From NCBI GenBank assembly GCA_002269645.1, contig NIVC01003399.1:35703-99702 (forward strand): a stretch of DNA of 64,000 nt. Reading direction: 5' to 3'. A program made the translations under genes and the position numbers. The notes under the pieces are model-generated. The model was given only the letters and a program-made list of their open reading frames with translations, was not told the DNA's origin and searched no databases. The stretch comes from Macrostomum lignano. Taxonomy: Eukaryota. Shown piece after piece: positions 38,220 through 52,114 of the stretch (positions are counted from its first letter, which is position 1; every line of letters starts with the position of its first letter).

Positions 38220-38819
38220 CACATAAGTAAAAGTATATTGTGTACTGTAAACTGCAGTAGAGGACGACCTAGTTCCGGTTTATTTCAGCTTAATCTGATG
38301 GGTTTTGCAATGTTTAATCGTTGAGAACCAATAAAAAGTTGAAGATCCCATTGCCTTGCCATAATATAATTATATCCGATGCAAATCAAAACTTGACCAT
38401 AAACTTTTTCTTTTTTATTTTAATGCATTAAAACAATTTTTCTAAAAATAATGATTCCTGTCAATCATTTTAATTCAACAGGAGCTTGGGTTAATGAGTG
38501 AAAAAAATTGTGATAAAAGTTGGGAAATTTTACAGACGAGTATTTGTGCCTCGGCGACTCAAACTTGCCGTAAATTTTGTTTAAAAGCGTAATCTATACA
38601 AGAGAAAAATATTCTGACGAATCGGAAAAAATAGACAAAAGTATCACACGAGATCGATAATAATGTATTGCAATATCGATATCGATATTGGTAATAAATA
38701 AATTGTGGTATTCATATTAATTACTGATTTCATATTGCTGCATTCGCTTAAAATCTATTAATTTTTTTACTGAAGCTGATGCAATTTCTATACATAGTCC
38801 AATGAGATCCATGAGATTT

Positions 38820-39725
38820 TCAGTTACAGTTGGGATCTAATGCAGTTACAGTCGGGATCTATTGTAGTTACAGTTGGGATCTATTTCAGTTACAGTCGGG
38901 ATCTATTGTAGTTACAGTTGGGATCTATTTCAGTTACAGTCGGGATCTATTTCAGTTACAGTTGGGATCTATTTCAGTTACAGTTGGGATCTATTGCAGT
39001 TACAGTCAGGATCTATTGCAGTTACAGTCAGGATCTATTTCAGTTACAGTTGGGATCTATTGCAGTTACAGTCGGGATCTATTGCAGTTACAGTCAGGAT
39101 CTATTGCAGTTACAGTTGGGATCTATTGCAGTTACAGTCGGGATCTATTGCAGTTACAGTCGGGATCTATTGCAGTTACAGTCGGGTCTATTGCAGTTAC
39201 AGTCGGGGTCTATTGCAGTTCCAATTGGGATCTGTTGCATTTCCGATTAACATCTGTTGCATTTCCAATTGGGATCTATTGCATTTCCAATTGGGATCTG
39301 TTGCATTTCCAATTGGGATCTGTTGCATTTCCAATTGGGATCTGTTGCATTTCCAATTTGGATCTGCTGCATTTCCAATTGGGATCTGCTGCATTTCCAA
39401 TTGGGATCTGCTGCATTTCCAATTGGGATCTGCTGCATTTCCAATTGGGATCTGCTGCATTTCCAATTGGGATCTGTTGCATTTCCAATTGGGATCTGCT
39501 GCATTTCCAATTGGGATCTGCTGCATTTCCAATTGGGATCTGTTGCATTTCCAATTGGGATCTGTTGCATTTCCGATTAACATCTGTTGCATTTCCAATT
39601 GGGATCTGCTGCATTTCCAATTGGGATCTGTTGCATTTCCGATTAACATCTGTTGCATTTCCAATTGGGATCTGTTGCATTTCCAATTGGGATCTGTTGC
39701 ATTTCCAATTGGGATCTGTTGCAGT
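38820..39725. repeat. Bipartite 22-bp minisatellite: (CAGTTACAGTCGGGATCTATTG)n switching near 39205 to (GCATTTCCAATTGGGATCTGTT)n
   Basis: Direct inspection. Confidence 0.93.
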
Positions 39726-39858
39726 TTCCGAGATAGACCAGGAGAAATCTGAGACCACTGGAGTGTCGAGAGATTCAATGAACTTCGTAGATATTCTAAG
39801 TCGGTCATTAAAAAAGTACTTGTTGTCCTTTATTGTCCATCCGGCCGGATCGCTTTCC

Positions 39859-41025
39859 TCAAGCCTCACCGGCGCCGCCCATCGGCCGCAGCTCCAGATG
39901 GTCGCGGCCGGCCACCTGCACCAGCAGCGGGATGTTCGCCAAGTCCACCAGTTCGGCGATGAATGCCTCGCGGCGGAGCTGCTGCGCCGCGGCGTCGCCG
40001 CTCGCCACCGGCGGACTGCCGACTGATTCTTCGGCGCCAAATGTGTCGGGCAGGAGGCTGTCCGGCTGCGTAGCGACGTTCGGCTGCTGACGGCGACGCC
40101 TTCGATGTCGCCGACCGTGGCGGCTGCACACCTCGTCGTCATTGTCGTCAGGAAAGCCGGCTGTCCCGGCAGCCCCGTCAGCGGCGGCGGCGGTAGCTGC
40201 GGCAGCGCCGAGGTCCCCGCCGAAGCCGCTGTGGCCGTCGCGCTGGCCGAGACCGACGGCCCGACGCAGGCGGTCGTAGAGTCGCTGGAACTCGGCCTGG
40301 AAGTTGTAATTGAAGAAGCCGTACAGCAGGGGGTTCAGGCAGGCGGACACCAGAATCAGCAGCTGCGGCGCGAAGGTGTACACGAAGATGTTCGCCAAGT
40401 TGTTCTCCATCTGGACGCCCTTGTTGAGGTTGCGAAACTCCTGGATCTCGATAGCGGCTGCCTCCGATGTGGCGTTCAACCCCTCGGCAGCCGCCGCTGC
40501 CGCCGCCACGGCTAGCAGATTTTCGCTGGTGTTCACCTGAGCCGTCACCCCCAGGTCGGCGATGTCGTGGCCGACATTGGTGATGGTCAGCGGCAGCCAG
40601 GAGACGGCGAACACCAGCGCGATGACCAGCAGGACGATGTTCGCCCGTCGGCCGCGTCGCTGCTCCAGGTACAGCCGGCGCTGCTGGAACGCCGTTGTTT
40701 TTGGCGACGCGCCTCGACGTTGAACCTTCTGGTTGAGTCGGCGGCACACGGAGCCGTAGGCAGCGCTGACCAGCAGCAGCGGGATGAGGTACTGGAACAG
40801 CAGCACCGCGCCACTGTACGCCACCTTCCAGCGCTTGCGAACGGACTCGATCGCTAGCTCGCCGCAGTAGGTGAGCATGCCAGCGCCTGAGCTGGTGGGG
40901 CCGGGGTACAGGTTGGCGAACCAGGCCAGCGGGCTGGCCAGCACCGCGGACACCGTCCACAGGAATGCGATGGAGGCCAGTGCGGAGCTGTTGGCCTGCT
41001 TGCTCCAGCCGGGGTAGGCGATCAC
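39859..41025 (-). CDS. Neuropeptide F/NPY-type receptor exon 2 (TM4-TM7, C-tail); CDS complement(join(39859..41025,45276..45758)), 549 aa
   Basis: Acceptor AACCAG|GTG, phase 0. Joining gives DRLQ|VIAYP; FQYLIPLLL, VFAVSWLPL, SACLNPLLYGFFNYNFQAEF; TGA at 39859-39861. Confidence 0.9.
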   Translation of the reverse strand: MIAYPGWSKQANSSALASIAFLWTVSAVLASPLAWFANLYPGPTSSGAGMLTYCGELAIESVRKRWKVAYSGAVLLFQYLIPLLLVSAAYGSVCRRLNQKVQRRGASPKTTAFQQRRLYLEQRRGRRANIVLLVIALVFAVSWLPLTITNVGHDIADLGVTAQVNTSENLLAVAAAAAAAEGLNATSEAAAIEIQEFRNLNKGVQMENNLANIFVYTFAPQLLILVSACLNPLLYGFFNYNFQAEFQRLYDRLRRAVGLGQRDGHSGFGGDLGAAAATAAAADGAAGTAGFPDDNDDEVCSRHGRRHRRRRRQQPNVATQPDSLLPDTFGAEESVGSPPVASGDAAAQQLRREAFIAELVDLANIPLLVQVAGRDHLELRPMGGAGEA

Positions 41026-41104
41026 CTGGTTGGTTGGTGTTGAACTTTCATAGATGAAGGGGTTCTAAAAGTGGTCGTAGATGTGACTTGAAAGGGTCAT
41101 AGTT

Positions 41105-41490
41105 GGAGTTTCAATGAGTCATAGATTTCATTTCCAATGAGTCATAGATTGCATTTCCAATGAGTCATAGATTGCATTTTCAATGAGTCATAGATTGCAT
41201 TTCCAATGAGTCATAGATTGCATTTCCAATGAGTCATAGATTGCATTTCCAATATAAGTCATAGATTACATTTTCAATGAGTCATATAGGTTGCATTTCC
41301 AATGAGTCATAGATTGCATTTCCATTAAGTCATAGGCTGCATTTCCAATGAGTCATAGATTGCATTTCCATTAAGTCATAGGCTACATTTCCAATGAGTC
41401 ATAGATTGCATTTTCAAAGAGTCATAGATTTCCAATGAGTCATAGATTGCATTTTCAAAGAGTCATAGATTTCCAATGAGTCATAGGTTT
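41105..41490. repeat. 23-bp minisatellite (CCAATGAGTCATAGATTGCATTT)n in the NPFR intron
   Basis: Direct inspection. Confidence 0.9.
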
Positions 41491-42069
41491 CGGTTTCAAG
41501 ATTTGAACTCTGAGCTTTGAGTTCGAGCTGTCAGATGAGACAGTAATTTGTCAGAGGACACATTAAAGGGTCAAACGAGACCGACCTAGAAATGTCACTT
41601 AAAATCCTATCTATCATTCAGTATTCCAGCCAAAGTAAAAAGTACAAACGCTTTATCTGTATTCTGCACCAGGAAAACTCAACAATTATCGAAGCAGCGA
41701 GAGGGATTGAACTGAAATTCAAATCTCGAGAGGATCGAAAATTTCAGTCTGGATATTCGCAGAAAGCTTAAGAGATTCGAATTAGAAATTCCCAGTGCAG
41801 GTTGGCTGAGTGTGGAACGAAAACAGGGCGTTGGCGCATTGAATGCGGCAAACACTTGAGAGATCGGGTGCAAGACAGGTGCGACTGGGTGAGTGATTAA
41901 TTTTGAAGAGTCAAAGCGATATAGTCATACCGATACCTCATGACAGTTCACACCTGCGCAGGTGAAGCATTCAGATATGCACCTTTGTATCGTCAGTGAC
42001 TTGGACTGGCTTGGATCTTAGCTGAGAGATGGCAGAAATTAATACGAAGTAAGAATTGATTTGTTATGA

Positions 42070-42945
42070 CGAACAGCAACTGAGCAATTCCCCTATTGAT
42101 CTGTTCAATCAGCTGAGCAATTCCCCTATTGATCTGTTCAATCAGCTGAGCAATTCCCCTATTGATCTGTTCAATCAGCTGAGCAATCCCCCTATTGATC
42201 TGTTCAATCAGCTGAGCAATTCCCCTATTGATCTGTTCAATCAGCTGAGCAATTCCCCTATTGATCTGCTCAATCAGCTGAGCAATTCCCCTATTGATCT
42301 GTTCAATCAGCTGAGCAATTCCCCTATTGATCTGCTCAATCAGCTGAGCAATTCCCCTATTGATCTGTTCAATCAGCTGAGCAATTCCCCTATTGATCTG
42401 TTCAATCAGCTGAGCAATTCCCCTATTGATCTGTTCAATCAGCTGAGCAATTCCCCTATTGATCTGTTCAATCAGCTGAGCAATCCCCTATTGATCTGTT
42501 CAATCAGCTGAGCAATTCCCCTATTGATCTGTTCAATCAGCTGAGCAATTCCCCTATTGATCTGCTCAATCAGCTGAGCAATTCCCCTATTGATCTGTTC
42601 AATCAGCTGAGCAATTCCCCTATTGATCTGTTCAATCAGCTGAGCAATTCCCCTATTGATCTGTTCAATCAGCTGAGCAATTCCCCTATTGATCTGTTCA
42701 ATCAGCTGAGCAATCCCCCTATTGATCTGTTCAATCAGCTGAGCAATTCCCCTATTGATCTGTTCAATCAGCTGAGCAATTCCCCTATTGATCTGCTCAA
42801 TCAGCTGAGCAATTCCCCTATTGATCTGTTCAATCAGCTGAGCAATTCCCCTATTGATCTGTTCAATCAGCTGAGCAATTCCCCTATTGATCTGCTCAAT
42901 CAGCTGAGCAATTCCCTTATTGATCTGTTCAATCAACTGAGTCAC
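42070..42945. repeat. 33-bp minisatellite (TCAGCTGAGCAATTCCCCTATTGATCTGTTCAA)n in the NPFR intron
   Basis: Direct inspection; 11-aa NQLSNSPIDLF pseudo-ORF. Confidence 0.96.
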
Positions 42946-43314
42946 GCTCTCTGCAAGGCCCTTGACACTCCAGTCACAAAGGATCGAGAATATTCTCGAG
43001 GATGGCTAATAGCACGTAATAAAATAAAATAATTGAGCTATAATTGCAATTTTAATTGCAGCACTTTATCTGATTTTTCCAGTTAAATTAAATTTTCAAA
43101 TATTTTCTAGGCCGATAAAAAAATCAAAAGCTCAAGCGATTAAGCCAGAGAGCTGCTCGTTAAAATATATAGATCAGAGCTATGAAACGCTTAGCTGCCA
43201 TTATCGGTCTCCAGGGGATACCCAGGCTGGAATACACGAAACAGCTAAACAGGCAGCCCCGTCACTCTGACAATGCAGTACATTTAAATGGGCCTGAGGG
43301 GTGCTCTGTGGACC

Positions 43315-44100
<786 letters not shown>

Positions 44101-44519
44101 GAGCAAGCCACAGTCAGAGCCATACTATGCACCCATTCAAATAAAAGCACCGCAGCCGGTTGTCCGTAGGGAGAACCGAATTCTTTTCAGGTTAGGCCAG
44201 CTAAAACAGAGTGACAAAGGAACCAACAGTTCACTGCTTTGGTGCTTGAAAATCTGCTTTCTATCTCCGAGCAGCTGATTTTTTCCCATGCAGCAACCCA
44301 CGCTGGGGCGCTAAGTGCAAGCGCACTTTTGTCAGAACTCAGCCGTTTGTGTTTATGCTGGGTCTCAGACTGTCTCGTCTACCATTAAAATTACCGACAG
44401 TCTGAGTGCATTTTTCAATATCCAGATTTTCACGCATGAAATTATCAAGTGTGGGAGATGTCGCTTTAGATTGAGACATCTTTATGATTAAAAAGTATTA
44501 ATCAATTAGTAACTACTTT

Positions 44520-45257
<738 letters not shown>

Positions 45258-45275
45258 CAGGCCTGTCCCACCAAC

Positions 45276-45758
45276 CTGCAGGCGGTCCAGCGCAATGGCC
45301 GTGATGGCATAGGCGGACACGAACGCATTGACCCCTGTGAGAGTGTTGGCAGCCTTGCACACCATCAGCCCGAGGTCCCAGCCCCTGTAGCGCTGGAACA
45401 AACGCAGCAAATTCAGCGGCTGGGTGACGGCGCACAGGATGAGGTCGGACACGGCCAGGTTCGCAACGTACAGATTCCTTGGCGTCCGCATCCGCCGGTG
45501 CCCGCAGACGGCGTACACCACCAGGCAGTTGCCCAGCACGCCGAACAGAATGAAGATTGCGTACACAGAAATTGTGCCTCTTAGCACGGACATCTCGACC
45601 TGGTACTGCCTATCCAGTGCTCCGAGCTCAGACCTGATCGCCTGTACATAATCTGTCCGGTTTGTACAGGTGAAAAATCTTAGAAAAGCGCTGGCAACGT
45701 CGGTTGGATGCACGGATTGCAGATGGCTGAGGCAGTCGGTCGCCTGCTGGGACTGCAT
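45276..45758 (-). CDS. Neuropeptide F/NPY-type receptor exon 1 (N-terminus, TM1-TM3)
   Basis: ATG at 45758; [53 protein letters not shown]; donor CAG|GTTGGT, phase 0. Confidence 0.9.
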
Positions 45759-46004
45759 CCTTAAGTTGATAGGACACGATCAGTCGTCACTCAAAGAGGC
45801 TCAAGAGAAGGAGTTTGAGCTTGCAGCAGAATCCCGCGGGTTTATGCAGCTTGCCTATTTTAAGATGCAGTTTGATTGGCTAGCCAATCATCAGGCTGGG
45901 GAGTTAGTGAGGAGCCGTCTGTATGGGTTATGCCTTTGGTAGGAATATAACGTTAAAACGTTAAAACGTTTGTAAAATTATTAACGGATGTTTGCTTCTA
46001 ATTT

Positions 46005-46600
46005 CCCAATTGGTGTGCCCCAATACCCCAGTTGTTGAGGCCCAATACCAAAGTTGGTGATCCCCCAATACCCCAGTTGTTGAGGCCCAATACCAAAGTT
46101 GGTGATCCCCCAATACCCCAGTTGGTGATCCCCCAATACCCCAGTTGGTGATCCCCCAATACCCCAGTTGGTGATCCCCCAATACCCCAGTTGGTGATCC
46201 CCAAATACCCCAGTTGGTGATCCCCCAATACCCCAGTTGGTGATCCCCAAATACCCCAGTTGGTGATCCCCCAATACCCCAGTTGGTGATCCCCCAATAC
46301 CCCAGTTGGTGATCCCCAAATACCCCAGTTGGTGATCCCCCAATACCCCAGTTGGTGATCCCCCAATACCCCAGTTGGTGATCCCCAAATACCCCAGTTG
46401 GTGATCCCCCAATACCCCAGTTGGTGATCCCCAAATACCCCAGTTGGTGATCCCCAAATACCCCAGTTGGTGATCCCCAAATACCCCAGTTGGTGAGCCC
46501 CCAATACCCCAGTTGGTGATCCCCAAATACCCCAGTTGGTGATCCCCAAATACCCCAGTTGGTGATCCCCCATTACCCCAGTTGGTGATCCCCAAATACC
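46005..46600. repeat. 23-bp minisatellite (CCCCAGTTGGTGATCCCCCAATA)n
   Basis: Direct inspection. Confidence 0.95.
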
Positions 46601-47165
46601 CCCATCCATTAGTAAGCGCATAGTTCAAATTTTTATTATTTAAGTAGATTTTCGGGACATTTCATCATTTCAGTATCTTATGTGAGCTCACAGTTTACTA
46701 GTTCCTTATAACTAAAATAATAAGTTGCTGAAGTTCTAAAATTGAATAGAAGAAAAATACGCTACTTCTCCATCGAAAAAAAATCGCCCAAGCCTATCGA
46801 GCTCAGCAAATCCAAATGTGATGAAATTATATTAGACCAGCCTGGGGGGGGGGGTAAAAGCCTGCCTGAGCTCGTATTGCATTGAATCCGATATTGGGCG
46901 ACAGTTTTTCATAACGAAGGCCTCCGTGACTGCAGGAAAAGGCTTGCGTCTCTTATTAGATGGCCTCCCGCTGAGTTTAGCCTCAGAATTTAGCGAGCAC
47001 CAGGTGCCCAGGGGTCCTGCATGGCGATTGTTGCGAGAGATGGAGAAATGGAAATTAAAACTGCTTTTGCAGCCCAACGAAAGGGGGCTGCCGGGGTTGT
47101 TCTCCGGATTGTTGACTGAGGTTATATTACAGATGAGCATCAGGCATACTGCGGCTTTGGCGTTC

Positions 47166-50002
47166 CTGAGGACGCTCTGGGATTTCTGAGGATGCTCTGG
47201 GATTTCTGAAGAAGCTATGGGATTTCTGAAGATGCTCTGGGATTAATGAAGATGCTCTGAGATTTCTGAGGATGCTCTGGGATTTCTGAGGATGCTCTGG
47301 GATTTCTGAAGATGCTCTGGGGTTTCTGAAGATGCTCTGGGATTTCTGAGGATGCTATGGGTTTCTGAGGATGCTATGGGACTTCTGAGATGCTTTGGGA
47401 TTTCTGAAGATGCTCTGGGATTTCTGAGGATGCTCTGGGATTTTTTGAAGATGCTCTGGGATTTCTGAAGATGCTCTGGGGTTTCTGAGGATGCTATGGG
47501 GTTTCTGAAGATGCTCTGGGATTAATGATGATACTTTGGGATTAATGAAGATGCTATGGGGTTTCTGAGGATGCTGTGGGATTTCTGAAGATGCTCTGGG
47601 ATTTCTGAAGATGCTTTGGGATTTCTGAAGATGCTTTGGGATTTGTGAAGATGCTTTGGGATTTCTGAAGATGCTTTGGGATTTCTGAAGATGCTATGGG
47701 ATTTCTGGGGATGCTCTGGGATTTCTGAAGATGCTCTGGGATTTCTGAAGATGCTATGGGGTTTCTGAAGATGCTCTGAGATTTCTGAGGATGCTCTGGG
47801 ATTTCTGAGGATGCTGTGGGATTTCTGAAGATGCTCTGGGATTTCTGAAGATGCTTTGGGATTTCTGAAGATGCTTTGGGATTTGTGAAGATGCTTTGGG
47901 ATTTCTGAAGATGCTTTGGGATTTCTGAAGATGCTATGGGATTTCTGGGGATGCTCTGGGATTTCTGAAGATGCTCTGGGATTTCTGAAGATGCTATGGG
48001 GTTTCTGAAGATGCTCTGAGATTTCTGAGGATGCTCTGGGATTTCTGAGGATGCTCTGGGATTTCTGAAGATGCTCTGGGGTTTCTGAAGATGCTCTGGG
48101 ATTTCTGAGGATGCTATGGGTTTCTGAGGATGCTATGGGACTTCTGAGATGCTTTGGGATTTCTGAAGATGCTCTGGGATTTCTGAGGATGCTATGGGGT
48201 TTCTGAGGATGCTGTGGGATTTCTGAGAATGCTATGGGACTTCTGTAGACGCTCTGGGATTTCTGAGGATGCTTTGGTTTTTCTGAAGATGCTTTGGGAT
48301 TTGTGAAGATGCTTTGGGATTTGTGAAGATGCTCTGGGGTTTCTGAGGATGCTATGGGGTTTCTGTAGACGCTCTGGGATTTCTGAGGATGCTCTGGGAT
48401 TTCTGAAGATGCTCTGGGGTTTCTGAAGATGCTCTGAGATTTCTGAAGATGCTATGGGTTTCTGAGGATGCTATGGGGTTTCTGAGGATGCTCTGGGATT
48501 TCTGAGGATGCTATAGGACTTCTGTAGACGCTCTGGGATTTCTGAAGATGCTCTGGGGTTTCTGAAGATGCTATGGGGTTTCTGAAGATGCTCTGGGATT
48601 AATGATGATGCTTTGGGATTAATGAAGATGCTCTGGGATTTCTGAGGATGCTCTGGGATTTCTGAAGATGCTCTGGGATTTCTGAAGATGCTTTGGGATT
48701 TCTGAAGATGCTTTGGGATTTGTGAAGATGCTTTGGGATTTCTGAAGATGCTTTGGGATTTCTGAAGATGCTTTGGGATTTCTGAAGATGCTATGGGATT
48801 TCTGGGGATGCTTTCGGATTTCTGAAGATGCTATGGGATTTCTGAAGATGCTTTGGGATTTCTGAAGATGCTCTGGGATTTCTGAAGATGCTTTGGGATT
48901 TGTGAAGATGCTTTGGGATTTGTGAAGATGCTTTGGGATTTCTGAAGATGCTTTGGGATTTCTGAAGATGCTATGGGGTTTCTGAAGATGCTCTGAGATT
49001 TCTGAGGATGCTCTGGGATTTCTGAGGATGCTCTGGGATTTCTGAAGATGCTCTGGGGTTTCTGAAGATGCTCTGGGATTTCTGAGGATGCTATGGGTTT
49101 CTGAGGATGCTATGGGACTTCTGAGATGCTTTGGGATTTCTGAAGATGCTCTGGGATTTCTGAGGATGCTATGGGGTTTCTGAGGATGCTGTGGGATTTC
49201 TGAGAATGCTATGGGACTTCTGTAGACGCTCTGGGATTTCTGAGGATGCTTTGGTTTTTCTGAAGATGCTTTGGGATTTGTGAAGATGCTTTGGGATTTG
49301 TGAAGATGCTCTGGGGTTTCTGAGGATGCTATGGGGTTTCTGTAGACGCTCTGGGATTTCTGAGGATGCTCTGGGATTTCTGAAGATGCTCTGGGGTTTC
49401 TGAAGATGCTCTGAGATTTCTGAAGATGCTATGGGTTTCTGAGGATGCTATGGGGTTTCTGAGGATGCTCTGGGATTTCTGATGATGCTATAGGACTTCT
49501 GTAGACGCTCTGGGATTTCTGAAGATGCTCTGGGGTTTCTGAAGATGCTATGGGGTTTCTGAAGATGCTCTGGGATTAATGATGATGCTTTGGGATTAAT
49601 GAAGATGCTCTGGGATTTCTGAGGATGCTCTGGGATTTCTGAAGATGCTCTGGGATTTCTGAAGATGCTTTGGGATTTCTGAAGATGCTTTGGGATTTGT
49701 GAAGATGCTTTGGGATTTCTGAAGATGCTTTGGGATTTCTGAAGATGCTTTGGGATTTCTGAAGATGCTATGGGATTTCTGGGGATGCTTTCGGATTTCT
49801 GAAGATGCTATGGGATTTCTGAAGATGCTTTGGGATTTCTGAAGATGCTCTGGGATTTCTGAAGATGCTTTGGGATTTGTGAAGATGCTTTGGGATTTCT
49901 GAAGATGCTTTGGGATTTCTGAAGATGCTTTGGGATTTCTGAAGATGCTTTGGGATTTCTGAAGATGCTATGGGATTTCTGGGGATGCTTTCGGATTTCT
50001 GA
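47166..50002. repeat. 20-bp satellite (GATGCTCTGGGATTTCTGAA)n with higher-order duplication
   Basis: Direct inspection; diagnostic variants recur at a 977-bp offset. Confidence 0.97.
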
Positions 50003-50627
50003 AAGAGTTTTTCAGCATATAATAATGTTCAGCCTTTGACTTCCTGAAGATTATTTTCAGCGGCAATGTTCTACGTACATTTATCCAAGCAAGTGTTCAA
50101 CGAAATTTTAATGCAGCATTGCTACGCTCATCGTGATATTAATTATCCAAAATAAATTTGTTTTACACAGTTCATTGCACCGTGTCAATCAGTACAGTTC
50201 AAACACTGTCTGGTTTAATTGGTAATGAACAGTAATATTGCTGTCAAAAGCTACAAGTTGATCCACTGACCCGCGATAAATTAATTTACACTTGACTTCA
50301 CTCTGTTTTGCTCAATAGGCCGTGTGTAGGTCTCTAGCTAGCTGCAATTATCACTTTGCACCTGCCCAAACTGTATGCATGGTTTAGCTTTCCATGCTAA
50401 ATATTGTTGACCATAAAGTGCCATAGTTCGGTTCGCGCAGAGGGAGAGGTGAGGGAGGAAGAGTGGCCGGCAGACAGGCTAGAACGGATGTTTACAGTGG
50501 CCTGTAGCCATGTGTAATATGACTGTTGCTTAAGCATCAATTCGCTCCAACGGTGCACATTTGCTACTCTGATGGAGAGCTGCGGCAGCTGCATCTTGCA
50601 TTGGATTTTTATTCTTAAATCGAGCCA

Positions 50628-51404
50628 ATGCGGTCTCCGTCTGTGCTGCATCGCGACAGCAACTATCTGGACGATTTTGGCTGCTACTTTGACAATGACG
50701 GCGTTGAGAACGGCGTCGGCAGCGGCGGGCAAGGCGGCGGCGGCGGCAAGGATGCCGGCTGTTTGGTCCGCTGTGTCTGCGCGCTGGGCGACGGCTGCCT
50801 CGCTTTGGCCGGCCTGCTGGCTGCGCTGCTGCCGCTGTTGCTGCCAGCTGAGGCGCCGGCCTGCTGCTACGGCTGCCTGCAGCCGCTGGTGTCGGCAGCG
50901 GGGCTCGGACTGACAGCTGGCGCAGCGGGACTGGCGCTGACAGCCGGACTGGCGGGTTTAGCCGCCTCGGTGGCCAGCCGACGGGCTCGTGTTGGTCACG
51001 CGGTCGCCGCCGTGCTGACCGTCTGCTGCGCCCTGCTGGCAGCCAACGCCGGCGTCCTGCTGGCGAAGGAGGAGCGCCTGGCTGACCAACTGCTGACGGC
51101 TTGCGGCGGCGCCGATTGGCGCGCCGCTCTCGGCATCGGCGCTGCTGGGGCGCTGATTCTGCTGGCTAAATCTGGCCTGAATTGGACTTGCTATTATAAG
51201 TACTCGAGAGCGAGCGTCTACGATGGGCAGTACAATTTGGCCAAGCTGAGGAGGCAGCGGTGGCGCCGGCTCCGCCTGCAGCAGCGGCACCGGCAGCAGC
51301 AGCAGCTGGTGCTGATGCGGCAGCAGCGGCTGCAGGAGCCATTCCGCAGGGACCGTCGGCCTCGCGGTGGAAACAGACTGCAGGAGTTTGAGTTGACAAT
51401 GTGA
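50628..51404 (+). CDS. Single-exon predicted four-TM membrane protein, 258 aa, tetraspanin-like topology
   Basis: GC-rich open frame inside AT-rich flanks; four hydrophobic segments (CVCALG...LLPA, LVSAAG...ASVA, VGHAVA...GVLLA, AALGIG...GLNW); basic Gln-rich tail. Confidence 0.6.
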   Translation: MRSPSVLHRDSNYLDDFGCYFDNDGVENGVGSGGQGGGGGKDAGCLVRCVCALGDGCLALAGLLAALLPLLLPAEAPACCYGCLQPLVSAAGLGLTAGAAGLALTAGLAGLAASVASRRARVGHAVAAVLTVCCALLAANAGVLLAKEERLADQLLTACGGADWRAALGIGAAGALILLAKSGLNWTCYYKYSRASVYDGQYNLAKLRRQRWRRLRLQQRHRQQQQLVLMRQQRLQEPFRRDRRPRGGNRLQEFELTM

Positions 51405-52114
51405 CCGCTTTCTTTTGCACTTGATTTTGCTAATTAGAATTAATGTTATAAAAAATATAACTTAGTGAATGTACATTAGTCAGTTTACTCTTAAAGCCCA
51501 TGAATGTGATGACTTTAATGGAGGATTTCACATGTTTACCTAGCTACCTTACCTAGGATTTCACATGTTTCATGTACAGTGTAGACCATCAGTAGAAGAC
51601 AAAGCTGGTATCAGACGATAAAAGAGATTAAGCCAAAAGATTTTCAAAGGTATAGAAAGTTAGCTCAGCAAACTATAGTCCAAGCTGCTTGTATCTAAAT
51701 GGCTTTTTTCGCTCGACTTGAGTTCATATGGTTTCAATTTGTGCGTCTTTTTCAGCAGATTTAGATCGATTATCAGACGCAAAAATTTATGCTTGAAAAA
51801 TATGATTATCGTAGTACACACTCTGCTGCATGTACCTGTACTATACATTATGCATAAGGAGTCAGGACAGAGAGAACTTTTGATCTGAATTTGCCTGTAC
51901 TTGTAGTGTAGAACCTAAAAGTATATGTCTAGATGTGCACTGATGACAACTGTGCTGAAATTTGTTTTTTAAGCAAAAGGCAACCGGTACATGTACAGAT
52001 GATTGAAAGAAAGTACATTTATGTACTCAGTCAAGACTTAAAGTAGTAGCATTATATGGACGTACATGTAGCATGTATATGTCTTTGGATGTAATTTTGT
52101 ATATATATATATAT

